NCBI GenBank assembly: GCA_045535075.1
Contig: JAZSKX010000018.1
Coordinates: 128,001-192,000, forward strand
DNA: 64,000 nt
Direction: 5' to 3'
Source of the DNA: Candidatus Spyradenecus sp.
GTDB lineage: Bacteria > Verrucomicrobiota > Verrucomicrobiia > Opitutales > UBA953
The notes below the pieces were generated by a model. It searched no databases. It saw only the letters and a program-made list of their open reading frames with translations, and had not been told where the DNA came from. This document shows, one piece after another, positions 26,692 through 37,658 of the stretch (the first letter of the stretch is position 1; the number at the start of each line of letters is the position of its first letter). Made by a program: the position numbers and the translations under genes.

Positions 26692-28392
26692 ATGACCGTT
26701 CCCGCAGATTCTTCCAACACGCCGGAAAACGCTCTCGTTCCCGAGCCTAAAAAATCACGTTTCCCGCGCTCCGTATTTTTCATTGTCGGCACAGAAGCCG
26801 GCGAGCGCTTCAGCTTCTACGGGATGCGCAGCATTCTCACGCTTTACATCGTCCACGAGCTGATGAAAAGCCTCGCAACAAGCGGGCCGGAAGGCTTGCG
26901 AGCGGCGGAAGATTACGCGACGATGATCGGGCATATTTTCACGATGGGCGTTTATTTCATGCCGCTTCTGGGCGCGTGGATTGCCGATAAATTCTGGGGT
27001 CGCTACTGGACAATCGTCGCCATGTCGCTTTTTTACGTGGTCGGCAACGGCGTTTTGGCGCTGACGGTCGGCTCGCAAGTCGGCTTATTAATCGGGCTTT
27101 CGCTGATTGCGTTCGGATCGGGCGGCATCAAGCCTTGCGTTTCATCGTTTATGGGCGAGCAATTTTCCAAGGACCAAAGCCACTTCATCGCGCGTGCATT
27201 CGGGATGTTTTATTGGGCGATTAACTTCGGTTCGTTCTTTGCATTTTTGCTGATTCCCGTAATTAAAGATTCCATCGGCTACGCGTGGGCGTTCGGGATT
27301 CCGGGCATTACGATGGGCTTGGCGACGCTGATTTTCGTTGCGGGAACGGCAAACTACAAGCGCAATTTAGGCGAATGGATAAACGAGCCGAACGCAACGA
27401 TAGCCAAGCGCGTGGCAAGTTCCTCCGTGCTTTACGGCGCGCTTCCGGCTTGGTTTTTCTGCGCCCTGATTATGCTCGCAAAGCCGCAAATGCTAGGACC
27501 CGTCGGACAATGGGTAAGCGAAATGAACGTTTTCGGAAAAACGCTTTTTGTCGCGGGAACGGGCGTCGCCGCATTTTTCGCCGTACTTGTACTTTTTGCA
27601 ATCGCGGCGTTTTTACCGAAGTTTTTAATTTCTCTCGCGAAAGAAAAACATCCGGATGACGGCGTTCCCGCAAGCCGGGACGTCTGCGAAAAACCTTCCG
27701 CCGTTCCCGCGCCGTCGATGACGCTCGGCGAGCGCTTTCGCGCGATTCGCGGAATCCTCCTGCTCTTTGCCGTGATTCCCGTTTTTTGGGCGTTGTTTGA
27801 CCAAATGGCAACAACTTGGGTCATTCTCGGCGGTCAAATGTCGACGACAAGCCTCTTCGGCTACCCGATCAACACGGAAACGATGCAAAATATCAATCCA
27901 ATTTTCGTGATGTCGCTCATCCCGATTTTGTCATTCCTTGTTTATCCCGCGCTGAATCGCACACGCTTTTTCAAGACAACGCCGCTCCGCCGCATGACGG
28001 TCGGCATGGTGCTCGCCGCATTTTCGTTTGTCATTTGCGGCTGGCTACAAACCTCCGTCGACGCCTCGCTCGCCGCGGGAACGCGGACCATGTCCGTGTG
28101 GTGGATGGCACTTCCGTATTTTGTCCTGACAATCGGCGAAGTGCTTTTCTCGGCGACCGGGCTTGAATTTGCGTTTTCGCAGGCGCCCGTCTCGATGCGC
28201 AGCACGATTACGAGCTTGTGGAATCTGACGACGACGGTCGGCAACTTCCTCGTTGTCCTTGTCGTCGCGCTGACCGTTCATTACACGGCTGCCGATCGTT
28301 TTTATTTCTTCGCGGCGCTGATGCTCGCCGTCGCCGTTGTTTTCGGCATTTTCTCCGCGTTTTACAAATACAAAACGGAAAACGAAGCCTAA
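26692..28392 (+). CDS. POT/PTR family proton-dependent oligopeptide transporter (MFS)
   Basis: ExxERFSFYGMR, GSGGIKP, FYWAINFG, EFAFSQAP motifs. Confidence 0.92.
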   Translation: MTVPADSSNTPENALVPEPKKSRFPRSVFFIVGTEAGERFSFYGMRSILTLYIVHELMKSLATSGPEGLRAAEDYATMIGHIFTMGVYFMPLLGAWIADKFWGRYWTIVAMSLFYVVGNGVLALTVGSQVGLLIGLSLIAFGSGGIKPCVSSFMGEQFSKDQSHFIARAFGMFYWAINFGSFFAFLLIPVIKDSIGYAWAFGIPGITMGLATLIFVAGTANYKRNLGEWINEPNATIAKRVASSSVLYGALPAWFFCALIMLAKPQMLGPVGQWVSEMNVFGKTLFVAGTGVAAFFAVLVLFAIAAFLPKFLISLAKEKHPDDGVPASRDVCEKPSAVPAPSMTLGERFRAIRGILLLFAVIPVFWALFDQMATTWVILGGQMSTTSLFGYPINTETMQNINPIFVMSLIPILSFLVYPALNRTRFFKTTPLRRMTVGMVLAAFSFVICGWLQTSVDASLAAGTRTMSVWWMALPYFVLTIGEVLFSATGLEFAFSQAPVSMRSTITSLWNLTTTVGNFLVVLVVALTVHYTAADRFYFFAALMLAVAVVFGIFSAFYKYKTENEA

Positions 28393-28393
28393 A

Positions 28394-28578
28394 GGCTACC
28401 TCTAAAAATTCGTTTTTGAGGAAATCGATGAGAGTTGAGGGCTGAGAGCTTAGAGGTAAATGCGTTCCCGCAAGCGGAAAAAAGGATTTCGAAAACCCTT
28501 TTTCGCGAAGCGAGGGGCAAATACCTATCATCTCTCAGCTCTCCTCGCTCATCCGAAACTCTATTTATAGAGATTCCC
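28394..28578. mobile_element. Putative 185-bp MITE / long imperfect palindrome
   Basis: Imperfect terminal IRs GGCTACCTCTAAAAAT / ATTTATAGAGATTCCC flanked by a TAAA direct repeat (28390-28393, 28579-28582); nested internal inverted repeats. Confidence 0.6.
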
Positions 28579-31376
28579 TAAACTCTCTCCTCCGGCGTTC
28601 CCGCGAAAACGAGTTTTCCGCCGCCCTGCCCGCCTTCGGGACCGAGTTCCAAAAGCCAATCGCACGCGCCGAGCACGTCGCCCTGATGCTCGACGACAAC
28701 GACCGAATTTCCCGCAGCCGTCAGCTTTTTCAAAATCTTAATCAGCAACGCCGTATCTTCGCGATGAAGCCCGGTGGTCGGCTCATCCAACAAAAGTAAA
28801 CTCGTCGTTCCCGTAGCTTCGTCTTCTTTGCATGCGGAGATTTCGCCGAGATGACGCGTCAGCTTCAGCCGTTGCGACTCGCCGCCGGAAAGCGTGTTAA
28901 GCGGTTGTCCGAGCGTCAGATAGCCCAAGCCGATTTCTTCGAGCAAGGCAAGCGGCGCCACGATTTTTTTATTTCCTTCAAAAAATGCAATCGCCTCACT
29001 AATCGTCAGCGCAAGAATCTCCGTCGCGTTTTTTCCTCTGTAACGGAACTGCAGAATTTCCTCGCGGAAACGGCGACCTTCGCAAACGGGACACGGAATA
29101 AACACATCGGACAAAAATTGCATTTCGACGGTTTCCCAGCCGGTTCCGTTGCAATGCGGGCAACGTCCGTCGCCGGAATTATAGGAAAAACTTCCCGCCG
29201 TAATGCCCGCCGCCTGCGCTTCCGGCGTTCCCGCGAGCAGCTTTCGGATTTCCGTCCACACGCCGCAATAAAGCGCGGGATTCGAGCGCGGCGTTTTTGA
29301 AAGCGGCGCCTGATCGACAAGCACGACTTCCCTCAACGGCAAATCGCTTTTGAATGTACACGGCGGGAGCTCAAAATCATCTTCTTCGGGAACGGCATCG
29401 CGATCGCTCGAAAACTGTGCGAGCACGTTGTTGAGCAAAGTCGATTTTCCGGAACCGGAAACGCCGCAAATGCCAACCAGTTTTCCTAGCGGAATTTCAC
29501 AGGCAAAATCGCGGAGATTGTGCGCCGTTACGTGCGCAAGCCGCAGCACGGGAACGCGCTTTTTCCGCTTCTTTGCCGTTCCCGCGGCTCCGCCTTTTAA
29601 AATTGAGGCGAGCTCGCGTTCCCGCGCGCCGGAAAGCCATGCGCCCGTAATCGAATCTACGCATTTCAAAATGCCGCCCGGAGTTCCCGCGTAAACGAGA
29701 TTTCCGCCGCCGGCGCCGGGACGCGGACCGATCTCAATCAGATAATCCGCCGCACGCATAACGGATTCGTCGTGTTCGACAACGACAACCGTGTTCCCGC
29801 GCGCAACGAGTTTTTTCAAAATCGAAATCATTTTCGCGAGGTCGCGCGGATGCAAACCGACGCTCGGTTCATCCAAGATAAAAAGCGTATTGGAAAGCGC
29901 CGCGCCAAGGCACGCCGTCAGGTTCACGCGTTGAACCTCGCCGCCGGAAAGCGTGCGCGATTGGCGGTCGAGCGTCAAAAATCCCAAGCCGACTTCCCGC
30001 AAATAACCCAAGCGGCTCCTCGTTTCCGCAAGCGCGACATCTTCGGATTTCTCGGCTTTCGGGAGCAATTCCAGTAATTCGTCAACGCTCTTGCCGAAAA
30101 GCTCCGGCAAACTGTTCCCGCGAAATTTCCACGCGAGCGACTCCGGCTGAAAGCGCGTTCCGCCGCAATCCGGGCATTTCACATACGCGCGGAAACGGGA
30201 AAGAAAAACGCGCACGTGCATTTTGTAAGACGTGCTTTCGAGCCATTCGAAAAATCGCTTCACGCCGTACCATTTCCCGTTCCAATTTTCTTCGCTCCAA
30301 TCGGCATCGCCGTCCAAAATGTAATTTTTTTGTACTGACGAAAGTTTTTTCCACGGAATATTAAGCGGGATTTTCTTTCGCTTTGCGGCGCGCAACAAAT
30401 CGCGTTGCGACTCTCCGTAAACTGCGCCTGAAAACGGAGCGAAAACGCCTTCGTCCAAGGTCTTGTTTTCGTCGGGAATGATCTTTTTCCAATCAAGCGT
30501 AATCACGCGCCCGAATCCGCGGCAACGCGGGCAAGCGCCAATCGGCGAATTAAAAGAAAACAGCGCGGGACTCGCCGGTCGAAAGCTTTGTCGCGTCGCG
30601 GGGGAAATCAGTTTTTCGGAGAAAACGCCAAGTTCGTCGAACGTTCCCGTATCGTTTTTTCCGAAAATAAAAAGCCGGCCGCCGCCAAGCCGCATCGCCG
30701 TTCCCGCGGCTTCGATAAAGCGATTGCGATTGGGATTTTCAGAACGTAATCGATCGGCAATTACAAAAATTCTGTCGCTCGCGGCAAGCGTTCCCGCGTC
30801 CGCATCTTCGATTTCCCAAAGCGTTCCCGCGACAATGATTTTCGTAAAGCCTTGCTCCGCATAACGCTCAAGAATCGGCTTCCAACTTATTTTCTTCGGC
30901 CGCTCCAGAGCGAACGCGATACAAATCGCACGTTCGGGGAAACATTCCCGCACGTGCTTCCAAACGCTCGCAGGCGAATAGGCGACAAGCGGCGTTCCCG
31001 TCGCCGGATCAATCAATTCCGCCGCATGCGCAAACCAATTTTTCATCCAATCGCAAAGCTCGGTCATCGTTCCGACGGTCGAGCGGGAAGTCTTCACCGT
31101 GTTGCCCTGCTTGACGGCAATGGACGGGCGGATGTTTTCAATGGAATCGACGGCGGCTTCCGGAAGAAGCTCCAAAAATTGCCGCGTGTACGGCGAAAAC
31201 GTTTCGACGTAGCGGCGTTGCCCTTCCGCGTGAAGCGTTTCAAAAACAAGAGACGATTTTCCCGCGCCCGAAAGCCCCGTGACGACAACAAGTTTGCCGA
31301 TAGGAATCTCGAGGTCGAAGCCTTTCAGATTGTTTTGGCGAACGCCGTGAAGTCGAATGGAAGACAGGCAGGACAT
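28578..31376 (-). CDS. uvrA: Excinuclease ABC subunit A family protein
   Basis: Two Walker A motifs ([16 protein letters not shown]), [14 protein letters not shown] twice, CxxC zinc fingers; ends abruptly at GTPEERV. Confidence 0.9.
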   Translation of the reverse strand: MSCLSSIRLHGVRQNNLKGFDLEIPIGKLVVVTGLSGAGKSSLVFETLHAEGQRRYVETFSPYTRQFLELLPEAAVDSIENIRPSIAVKQGNTVKTSRSTVGTMTELCDWMKNWFAHAAELIDPATGTPLVAYSPASVWKHVRECFPERAICIAFALERPKKISWKPILERYAEQGFTKIIVAGTLWEIEDADAGTLAASDRIFVIADRLRSENPNRNRFIEAAGTAMRLGGGRLFIFGKNDTGTFDELGVFSEKLISPATRQSFRPASPALFSFNSPIGACPRCRGFGRVITLDWKKIIPDENKTLDEGVFAPFSGAVYGESQRDLLRAAKRKKIPLNIPWKKLSSVQKNYILDGDADWSEENWNGKWYGVKRFFEWLESTSYKMHVRVFLSRFRAYVKCPDCGGTRFQPESLAWKFRGNSLPELFGKSVDELLELLPKAEKSEDVALAETRSRLGYLREVGLGFLTLDRQSRTLSGGEVQRVNLTACLGAALSNTLFILDEPSVGLHPRDLAKMISILKKLVARGNTVVVVEHDESVMRAADYLIEIGPRPGAGGGNLVYAGTPGGILKCVDSITGAWLSGARERELASILKGGAAGTAKKRKKRVPVLRLAHVTAHNLRDFACEIPLGKLVGICGVSGSGKSTLLNNVLAQFSSDRDAVPEEDDFELPPCTFKSDLPLREVVLVDQAPLSKTPRSNPALYCGVWTEIRKLLAGTPEAQAAGITAGSFSYNSGDGRCPHCNGTGWETVEMQFLSDVFIPCPVCEGRRFREEILQFRYRGKNATEILALTISEAIAFFEGNKKIVAPLALLEEIGLGYLTLGQPLNTLSGGESQRLKLTRHLGEISACKEDEATGTTSLLLLDEPTTGLHREDTALLIKILKKLTAAGNSVVVVEHQGDVLGACDWLLELGPEGGQGGGKLVFAGTPEERV

Positions 31377-31439
31377 TTTATCCGCAACGTTTCGCAAATT
31401 TCTCAAATTCGTGTCATGCGCGAAATTCGAGCTTCCTTT

Positions 31440-32348
31440 TTATTTTCTTTTGCGACGCGTTCCCGCGAAACCGAGCGCGAAAATTCCCGCAAGTAAACCG
31501 AAAACCGACGGTTCCGGAATAATCGCGTAAATTTGCGAGGCGTACTCGGGAAGAAAAGTAAAACTAGTCACACAAATCGAATTAGGCGTTTCAACATAAC
31601 CCACAGTAGGATTATTCTCGGAGTTCGCGCCAACCGTAATCGCAACGCCGACGACTTCCCAATTCTCACCGTTCTTCACAAAAACTCCGCTTCCGGAATC
31701 ATACATTCCGCATTGAATGCTTTTTTCTGCTTCGGAAGAAAACACCTCTACAAACGACAATGTCTTTCGGCCCCCTTCTTCGACTTCCTGTATGCCGTCC
31801 GCGCAGAATTCTCCCCACTGTTTTACACGGGAACCGGACGAAATCCCGCCGCCGAGCGACAAACTGCAACCGGTTCCGACGCAATAAAGCGGCGTGTTCG
31901 TATAAAGATCTCCGGTATAAATTTCGATATTACCGAGTGCATCCAGATAATCTGCGGCATCGCCCGTTGCCGAGACGGAAAACAACTTCAAGTCGACGCT
32001 TGTGCCGTCGGCATTTTTAAAACCCGTATAAACCTTCCCGCCGTCGCCCAGCACAAGGCTCCTTCCGTCGGCAGTCTTAATTGTTCCACTTACGGAGCTT
32101 ACGTGCGCAGCCGTCAAAACCCAGCGCGTTCCGCCGAAATTCCCGAGATAAGTTCCCGTTCCCGCGCCGAGCGTTACCGTTCGATTCCAGATTTCGGTAA
32201 TCGCTTCCGACGGGGCGTTTCCCTGAAAATCTTTTGTCGGATCGGTATTATGGCCGGCAGTTCCGTTGACGGAGGCAATCATCGCTCCCGCGAAAGGCGT
32301 AAGCGCAAAACCAAGAGCAACAGAACAGACACGCTTCAATAATTTCAT
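31440..32348 (-). CDS. PEP-CTERM-anchored trypsin-like serine protease
   Basis: Signal peptide; WVLTAAHV (His), VDLKLF (Asp), YDSGSGVF (Ser); C-terminal IPEPSVFGLLAGIFALGFAGTRRKRK. Confidence 0.85.
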   Translation of the reverse strand: MKLLKRVCSVALGFALTPFAGAMIASVNGTAGHNTDPTKDFQGNAPSEAITEIWNRTVTLGAGTGTYLGNFGGTRWVLTAAHVSSVSGTIKTADGRSLVLGDGGKVYTGFKNADGTSVDLKLFSVSATGDAADYLDALGNIEIYTGDLYTNTPLYCVGTGCSLSLGGGISSGSRVKQWGEFCADGIQEVEEGGRKTLSFVEVFSSEAEKSIQCGMYDSGSGVFVKNGENWEVVGVAITVGANSENNPTVGYVETPNSICVTSFTFLPEYASQIYAIIPEPSVFGLLAGIFALGFAGTRRKRK

Positions 32349-32411
32349 AGTAAAAAGGTTTTACGGATGTTAGCGTCGCCGCTCCCGCAAGTCCACAGGC
32401 AAAATGCTAAG

Positions 32412-34961
32412 CTACGCATGCGCTTCTAGCCAATTTGCACCGGCGGTAGCTTCGGCAACAAGCGGCACGGAAAGCGGGAACGCCGCGCTCATTTCCTCGG
32501 AAAGGAGCTGTTTGACTTTTTCAGCCTCGGATTCGGGAGCTTCGACGATGAGTTCGTCATGAATCTGAAGTACGATTTTTGCCGCGGGAACGTCTTTTTC
32601 CAGCCGTTTATAAACACGCAACATCGCGATTTTAATAATATCGGCAGCCGAGCCTTGAATCGGCGCATTGAGTGCGACGCGTTCGCCGAAAGCGCGCAGG
32701 TTGCGATTGGCGGCGTTGAGCTCGGGCATCGCGCGGCGGCGACCGAGTAGAGTCGCGACAAATCCGTCCGCTTTTGCTTTTTCGACGACCGCTTTCATGT
32801 ATTCGCGCACGCCGGCATATTTGTCGAGGTAGCTTTCGATGTAATGTTTGGCGGCTTTGCGCGTAATTCCCAGCGATTTTGCGAGCGAAAATTCGCCGAC
32901 TCCGTAAACGATTCCGAAGTTCACGGCCTTGGCGTGTCGCCGCATTGTCGGCGTAATTTGAACCGGTTCGACACCGAAAACGCGGCATGCGGTTACGGCG
33001 TGAATATCGCCGCCTTGATTAAAGGCTTCCCGCATCGCGGTATCGTCGGCGATGTGTGCGAGCACGCGCAATTCGATCTGCGAGTAGTCGGCATCGACGA
33101 GCGTGTTCCCGCCGGCGGCAACGAACATCCGGCGCAGTTCGCTTCCGAGCTCGCCGCGCGTAGGAATATTTTGCAGATTCGGACCGGAAGAGCTCAGTCG
33201 CCCGGTTGCCGTTACCGTCATGTTAAAAGTCGTATGAATGCGCCCGTCGGGAGCGACGGCGGCGATGAGCCCGTCGGCAATGGTTTTGAGTTTTGCGAAT
33301 TGTCGAAACTCAATGATTTTGGCGACAACGGGATGCAACGGCTCCAAATCTTTCAGGACATCGGCATCCGTAGAGTAGCCGGTTTTTGTTTTTTTGCCGG
33401 CGGGAAGGCCGAGTTTTTCAAAGAGCACTTCGCCGAGCTGCTTCGGAGAATTGAGATTAAACGTCGTTCCCGCGAGTTCGAATACGGCATTTTGCGCGGC
33501 GGTTGCGGATTTTTCCGTTTCTGCGGCAAATTCTTCGAGTTTGGCGCGATCGGCGGCGATTCCGCGGAATTCCATTTCGGCGAGAACGCGACAAAGCGGA
33601 AACTCGATTTCGCGATAAAGTTTTGCCATTCCGTTCGCCTCCAACGCGGTAATTTGCTTTCCGAACAAAGCCTGCATTTCCGGCGTGTTTTCCGGCGCAA
33701 TCGGCTTTTTCAGCGGATTGAGCAGATAATCGGCAAGCGCGACATCAAAAACAAAACCTTCTGCGGAAAGTTTTTCTTCGAAGCATTTTCGGAGAATCGC
33801 CTTCACGTTGGCGGCAACTTTTTTTATTTCCGGCGAAAAAAGTTTTCCGAGAAAATCGCGACGTTTTTCGACGCTCAGATTTTCAAAGTCGACTGTGCGA
33901 TGAAGCGTTCCCGCGAGAATTTCCGCTCCGGCAAAGGAAACGCCGTTTTCTGTTTCGGGGAAAAGCAAAAAGCAATGCTCGGCGGCACGACAGGCCTCAA
34001 GGATTTGTCCGAGCTCGTCGCCTCCGGCGGGAGCGGCAATCGACGCGGAAAAAAGCGGCAAATCGTCGTTGGTATCCGCTTCCGCTTCGGCGGGAGTGAG
34101 ATTCCATTTGGCAATCAGCTTGGAAAATTCGAGTTTTTTGAAAAGAGCGTAAAGCGCGGGAACGTCATAATCTTTGCGCCGATTTTCTTCAGGAGAAAAT
34201 GTAATTGGAGCGTCCTTACGAATTGTCGCCAAATCGTAGGAAATGAGCGCACTTTCCTTTCCGGAAATCAATTTTTTTCTCACGGAATCGCGCATTTGCG
34301 CCGTATCGATTTGAGCGTAAATACTTTCGATCCCGCCGATTTTCGAGATGAGTTCCCGCGCCGTTTTCTCTCCGATTCCGGGAACGCCGGGAATATTGTC
34401 CGACGCGTCGCCCCAAAGTGCTTTCAAATCAATAATTTTTCGGGGTTCGAAGCCGTAGTCTTCCCGGAACTTTTCCTCCGTATAATTTGTCGTTTCGGTT
34501 TTCCCCATGCGCGAGACGACGAGCAAGACGCGCACGCCGTCGCGGATGAGCTGGAGGCTGTCGCGATCGCCGGTAACGATGACGCATTCGCATTTTTCGT
34601 CGGCGCAACGCTCGCTGATTGTGCCGATTAAATCATCCGCTTCCCAACCGGCAAGCGCGTAGACGGGAACGCGCATTGCGGCAAGGACTTCTTTCATGAG
34701 CGGAATTTGCGGGCGCAATTCTTCCGGCATCGGCTTGCGCTGTGCTTTGTACGCGGCAAATTTTTCGTGGCGAAACGTCGGCGCGTGAACGTCGAAACAA
34801 ACGCAAAGTGCATCCGGTTTTTCCGCATCGAGTAATCGTGAAAGAATCGCGAGAAATCCGTAAACGGCGTTGGTAAAAATGCCGTCGCGCGTAGAAAGCA
34901 TCCGAATCCCGTAAAACGCACGGTTGATAATGCTGTTGCCGTCGAGAACCATCAATTTCAT
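32412..34961 (-). CDS. polA: DNA polymerase I
   Basis: 5'-3' exonuclease (DGNS, EADD, GDASDNIPGV); polymerase motifs DYSQIELR, KAVNFGIVYG, LQIHDEL; shortened proofreading region. Confidence 0.96.
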   Translation of the reverse strand: MKLMVLDGNSIINRAFYGIRMLSTRDGIFTNAVYGFLAILSRLLDAEKPDALCVCFDVHAPTFRHEKFAAYKAQRKPMPEELRPQIPLMKEVLAAMRVPVYALAGWEADDLIGTISERCADEKCECVIVTGDRDSLQLIRDGVRVLLVVSRMGKTETTNYTEEKFREDYGFEPRKIIDLKALWGDASDNIPGVPGIGEKTARELISKIGGIESIYAQIDTAQMRDSVRKKLISGKESALISYDLATIRKDAPITFSPEENRRKDYDVPALYALFKKLEFSKLIAKWNLTPAEAEADTNDDLPLFSASIAAPAGGDELGQILEACRAAEHCFLLFPETENGVSFAGAEILAGTLHRTVDFENLSVEKRRDFLGKLFSPEIKKVAANVKAILRKCFEEKLSAEGFVFDVALADYLLNPLKKPIAPENTPEMQALFGKQITALEANGMAKLYREIEFPLCRVLAEMEFRGIAADRAKLEEFAAETEKSATAAQNAVFELAGTTFNLNSPKQLGEVLFEKLGLPAGKKTKTGYSTDADVLKDLEPLHPVVAKIIEFRQFAKLKTIADGLIAAVAPDGRIHTTFNMTVTATGRLSSSGPNLQNIPTRGELGSELRRMFVAAGGNTLVDADYSQIELRVLAHIADDTAMREAFNQGGDIHAVTACRVFGVEPVQITPTMRRHAKAVNFGIVYGVGEFSLAKSLGITRKAAKHYIESYLDKYAGVREYMKAVVEKAKADGFVATLLGRRRAMPELNAANRNLRAFGERVALNAPIQGSAADIIKIAMLRVYKRLEKDVPAAKIVLQIHDELIVEAPESEAEKVKQLLSEEMSAAFPLSVPLVAEATAGANWLEAHA

Positions 34962-35011
34962 GGGAACCTCCGTTTTTTAAGCGCTTAATACTTCGAAAAA
35001 TGCGGGAAGAA

Positions 35012-35971
35012 TTATCGGGAAAGCAACCAAAAGCCGATTTTAATCCAAAACGGGAGCGACACGACGCAGGCTGCGGTCGAAATCAAAACAACGCGCAAGG
35101 CGAGCTTTGCATCGCCCTTATAATATTGGACAACGACAATCGGGAGCATTGCCGCCGGCATTCCGGATTGAATCACGAGAATGTATCGTAAATCCTGCGG
35201 GAGCGCCGGAAGCCAAACGGCAGTCGCCACCATCAGCGCCGGAATAATTCCCAAACGCACCGCAATGGCGCCGAGCGACGCACGCACGTCGTCTTTAAGC
35301 CGAAAGCCGTTTAACAAAACCGGAAGCGACATCCCTACAAGCAAAACGCCGCTCGGAATCATGCAGGCGCCGAGCGACTTCGTCGTCGCCGAAAACCATG
35401 CGGGAACGAACGCCGCCCAGCCGCAAAAATTCAAGGCAATCGCAACGACCATTGAAATGAAAATCGGATTCACAAAGGCGGACGCGATTTTTTTCGGTTC
35501 CAAATTTCCGCTGACAACGGAAAGCCCGATAGTCCAAATTCCGACTTCGACCCCCGTATTAAACAAGAGCATCATGCCTACGGTCTCCGGCGAGCACAGC
35601 GAAATACAAACCGGAAGCGCCATATAGCCGTAATTGTAAATTCCCGCGCAATAACCGAAAACGCGGCGTCGCTCCGTTTCGGAAATTCCGAAAAACCGCG
35701 CAAGAAAAACCGCCAAAACAACACCAAGCGCGATTGTGAGAAAACCGGCGGAAAGGACTTTAAGAACAACCGAAAAATCACACAAAAGCGGATTTCCGAG
35801 CACACGATCAAAAATAAGCGCCGGAGTAAACGCCCAGACGACCAAGCGCATCAAGCCGTATTGCGTCTCCTGATTCACCCAGTTTTTGCGTCGAAACAAA
35901 TAACCGACGGACGCAATAAGCACAACCGGCAGGGTCGCTGCCAAAAGAGCCATTCCGGAAACTTCAACCAT
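35012..35971 (-). CDS. AEC (auxin efflux carrier) family transporter
   Basis: About 10 TM segments; NYGYMALP, NPIFISM, MPAAM motifs. Confidence 0.88.
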   Translation of the reverse strand: MVEVSGMALLAATLPVVLIASVGYLFRRKNWVNQETQYGLMRLVVWAFTPALIFDRVLGNPLLCDFSVVLKVLSAGFLTIALGVVLAVFLARFFGISETERRRVFGYCAGIYNYGYMALPVCISLCSPETVGMMLLFNTGVEVGIWTIGLSVVSGNLEPKKIASAFVNPIFISMVVAIALNFCGWAAFVPAWFSATTKSLGACMIPSGVLLVGMSLPVLLNGFRLKDDVRASLGAIAVRLGIIPALMVATAVWLPALPQDLRYILVIQSGMPAAMLPIVVVQYYKGDAKLALRVVLISTAACVVSLPFWIKIGFWLLSR

Positions 35972-35987
35972 TTTACTTAAGATAAGT

Positions 35988-37643
35988 TCAACGAACGGAA
36001 AATGCCGCTCCGGAAATTTCCGCGCAACAGGCGTTCCCGCCGGAGACATCGCCGAAAATCAGCTTGTCCTTGTGCGCATTTACGACAGTTGCCTCCGTCG
36101 TTCCCGCAAGCGCTTCGCCGATTAACTGACCGTCAAGCCAGACAAAATACCCTTCGCCCTGTTTGTAGATGATGCGAAATTCGCGGCTTTTCTTTGTAAA
36201 ATAACCCGCCATCGGATCCGAAGCCGGCGAAGTTTCCTCCACCAAGTCGGAGAGTTTTTCGTTCCCGTAAAGATCCATATTGGAGCCGTAAAGCAATTGT
36301 TTCCCGTTCCAAAAAACGCCGTTTTCACCGATGCCGAGCATGCCGACCTGATTTTCTCCGTTCCCGACAAAAACGGAAAAACGATTGTTTTTCGTCAAGT
36401 CCGTCGGTGATTTTCCGCCGTCTGCCGGTAGCATCTTTACTTTAAAAACAGCCGTGCATTCCCGCAAAGCCCGGCTCGATGCGGAGGGCAACCATTTTAA
36501 TTCCCACGCTCCGGTTGCCGCTTCATTTTTCTCCGCAAAAACAAGCGTTCCCGCCTTCGTCTTGAAACGCGATTTTTCTCCGATTCGGGTGAAGTTGCGA
36601 GCGTTCCCGCCGCGGCGCTTAGCGGCAATCGCGTCGCCGAATACAATTTGAGTTTCGAGCTTTTCCGCCGGTTTTTCCGCATCGGCAAAACCGCAATCGC
36701 GTTGCCCGATTCCGAGAGCACGCGCCATATTTCCCGCGACAATCAATTCGCCTTGCGCATTCGGATGCGCTCCGCCGGGCGTATCGCACATTGCCCCGTC
36801 TTTCGCATAGAATCCGGCAGAAATATCATCGAGAAAAACCTTCGACGTACGCGTTGACCATTTTTTTTCGATGTTTAACGATTCCAAGTAATCGTTGTAA
36901 ATTTTGTAGCGATAAGCGCTTTTGGCTCCGGTTCCGTTGTTTTTTCCTGTCGGGAGCAACTTGAAAACGTGAACCTCGATTTTCGGATTCGCTTTCTGAT
37001 AGGCCTCAACAATCTCTTTTATCCAAGCCGCCGTCGCTTTCACGGTTTCCGGTGCGCCGCTGTCGTAAATATCGTTAATCCCGATCAAAATACAAAGCGT
37101 TTCGGGAAGCTTCGAGCCATAGCGGGAACGATAGGTTTCGCCCGAATAAACAACGATCTTTGCATCATCGAAATACGTTTTTTTATCCTTCGTGTAGGGA
37201 TTTCGCTGCCCGAGTTTCAATGTCACGGGACCGCGGTTTTTCGCATTTGCGACGCTTCCCGGGTCGCTCTTGAATTTATTCTTTCCCCAAACGCCGCCGC
37301 TTGTTGCGGGATGCCCGGCGTACTGATACGCCCGGCCGCTCGCCGCCGCCTCGGAAACATTGACAAATGCCTTCCCGCGATAATCCGGCGTGAGCTTGGC
37401 GACATTGACGCCGTTACGCGCGCCGTCCGTCATGCCCATCGGCACGAATGCGATTCCGTTGTCGACGAAGTTTTTAAAAAGTTGATAACGATAGCTCGGC
37501 ACCGTTCCCGCGAGATACGTTCCGCCTTGCGTAATGGAATCTCCGATAAAAACAATTCCGCCACCGTCTTTCGGCGCGGCGGAAAGCGTTGCGGAGATCA
37601 GAGAGAGAACTCCGGATAAGATTGCTTTTGCTGAAAAACGCAT
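35988..37643 (-). CDS. Secreted SGNH/GDSL hydrolase with a C-terminal beta-rich domain
   Basis: Signal peptide; IGDSITQG, SYRYQL, IGIND, HPNAQG. Confidence 0.8.
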   Translation of the reverse strand: MRFSAKAILSGVLSLISATLSAAPKDGGGIVFIGDSITQGGTYLAGTVPSYRYQLFKNFVDNGIAFVPMGMTDGARNGVNVAKLTPDYRGKAFVNVSEAAASGRAYQYAGHPATSGGVWGKNKFKSDPGSVANAKNRGPVTLKLGQRNPYTKDKKTYFDDAKIVVYSGETYRSRYGSKLPETLCILIGINDIYDSGAPETVKATAAWIKEIVEAYQKANPKIEVHVFKLLPTGKNNGTGAKSAYRYKIYNDYLESLNIEKKWSTRTSKVFLDDISAGFYAKDGAMCDTPGGAHPNAQGELIVAGNMARALGIGQRDCGFADAEKPAEKLETQIVFGDAIAAKRRGGNARNFTRIGEKSRFKTKAGTLVFAEKNEAATGAWELKWLPSASSRALRECTAVFKVKMLPADGGKSPTDLTKNNRFSVFVGNGENQVGMLGIGENGVFWNGKQLLYGSNMDLYGNEKLSDLVEETSPASDPMAGYFTKKSREFRIIYKQGEGYFVWLDGQLIGEALAGTTEATVVNAHKDKLIFGDVSGGNACCAEISGAAFSVR

Positions 37644-37658
37644 GGCTGAAATTTTGTT

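Noticed and set aside
32844..34631. 595-aa + strand ORF
   Set aside because: Antisense shadow of polA.
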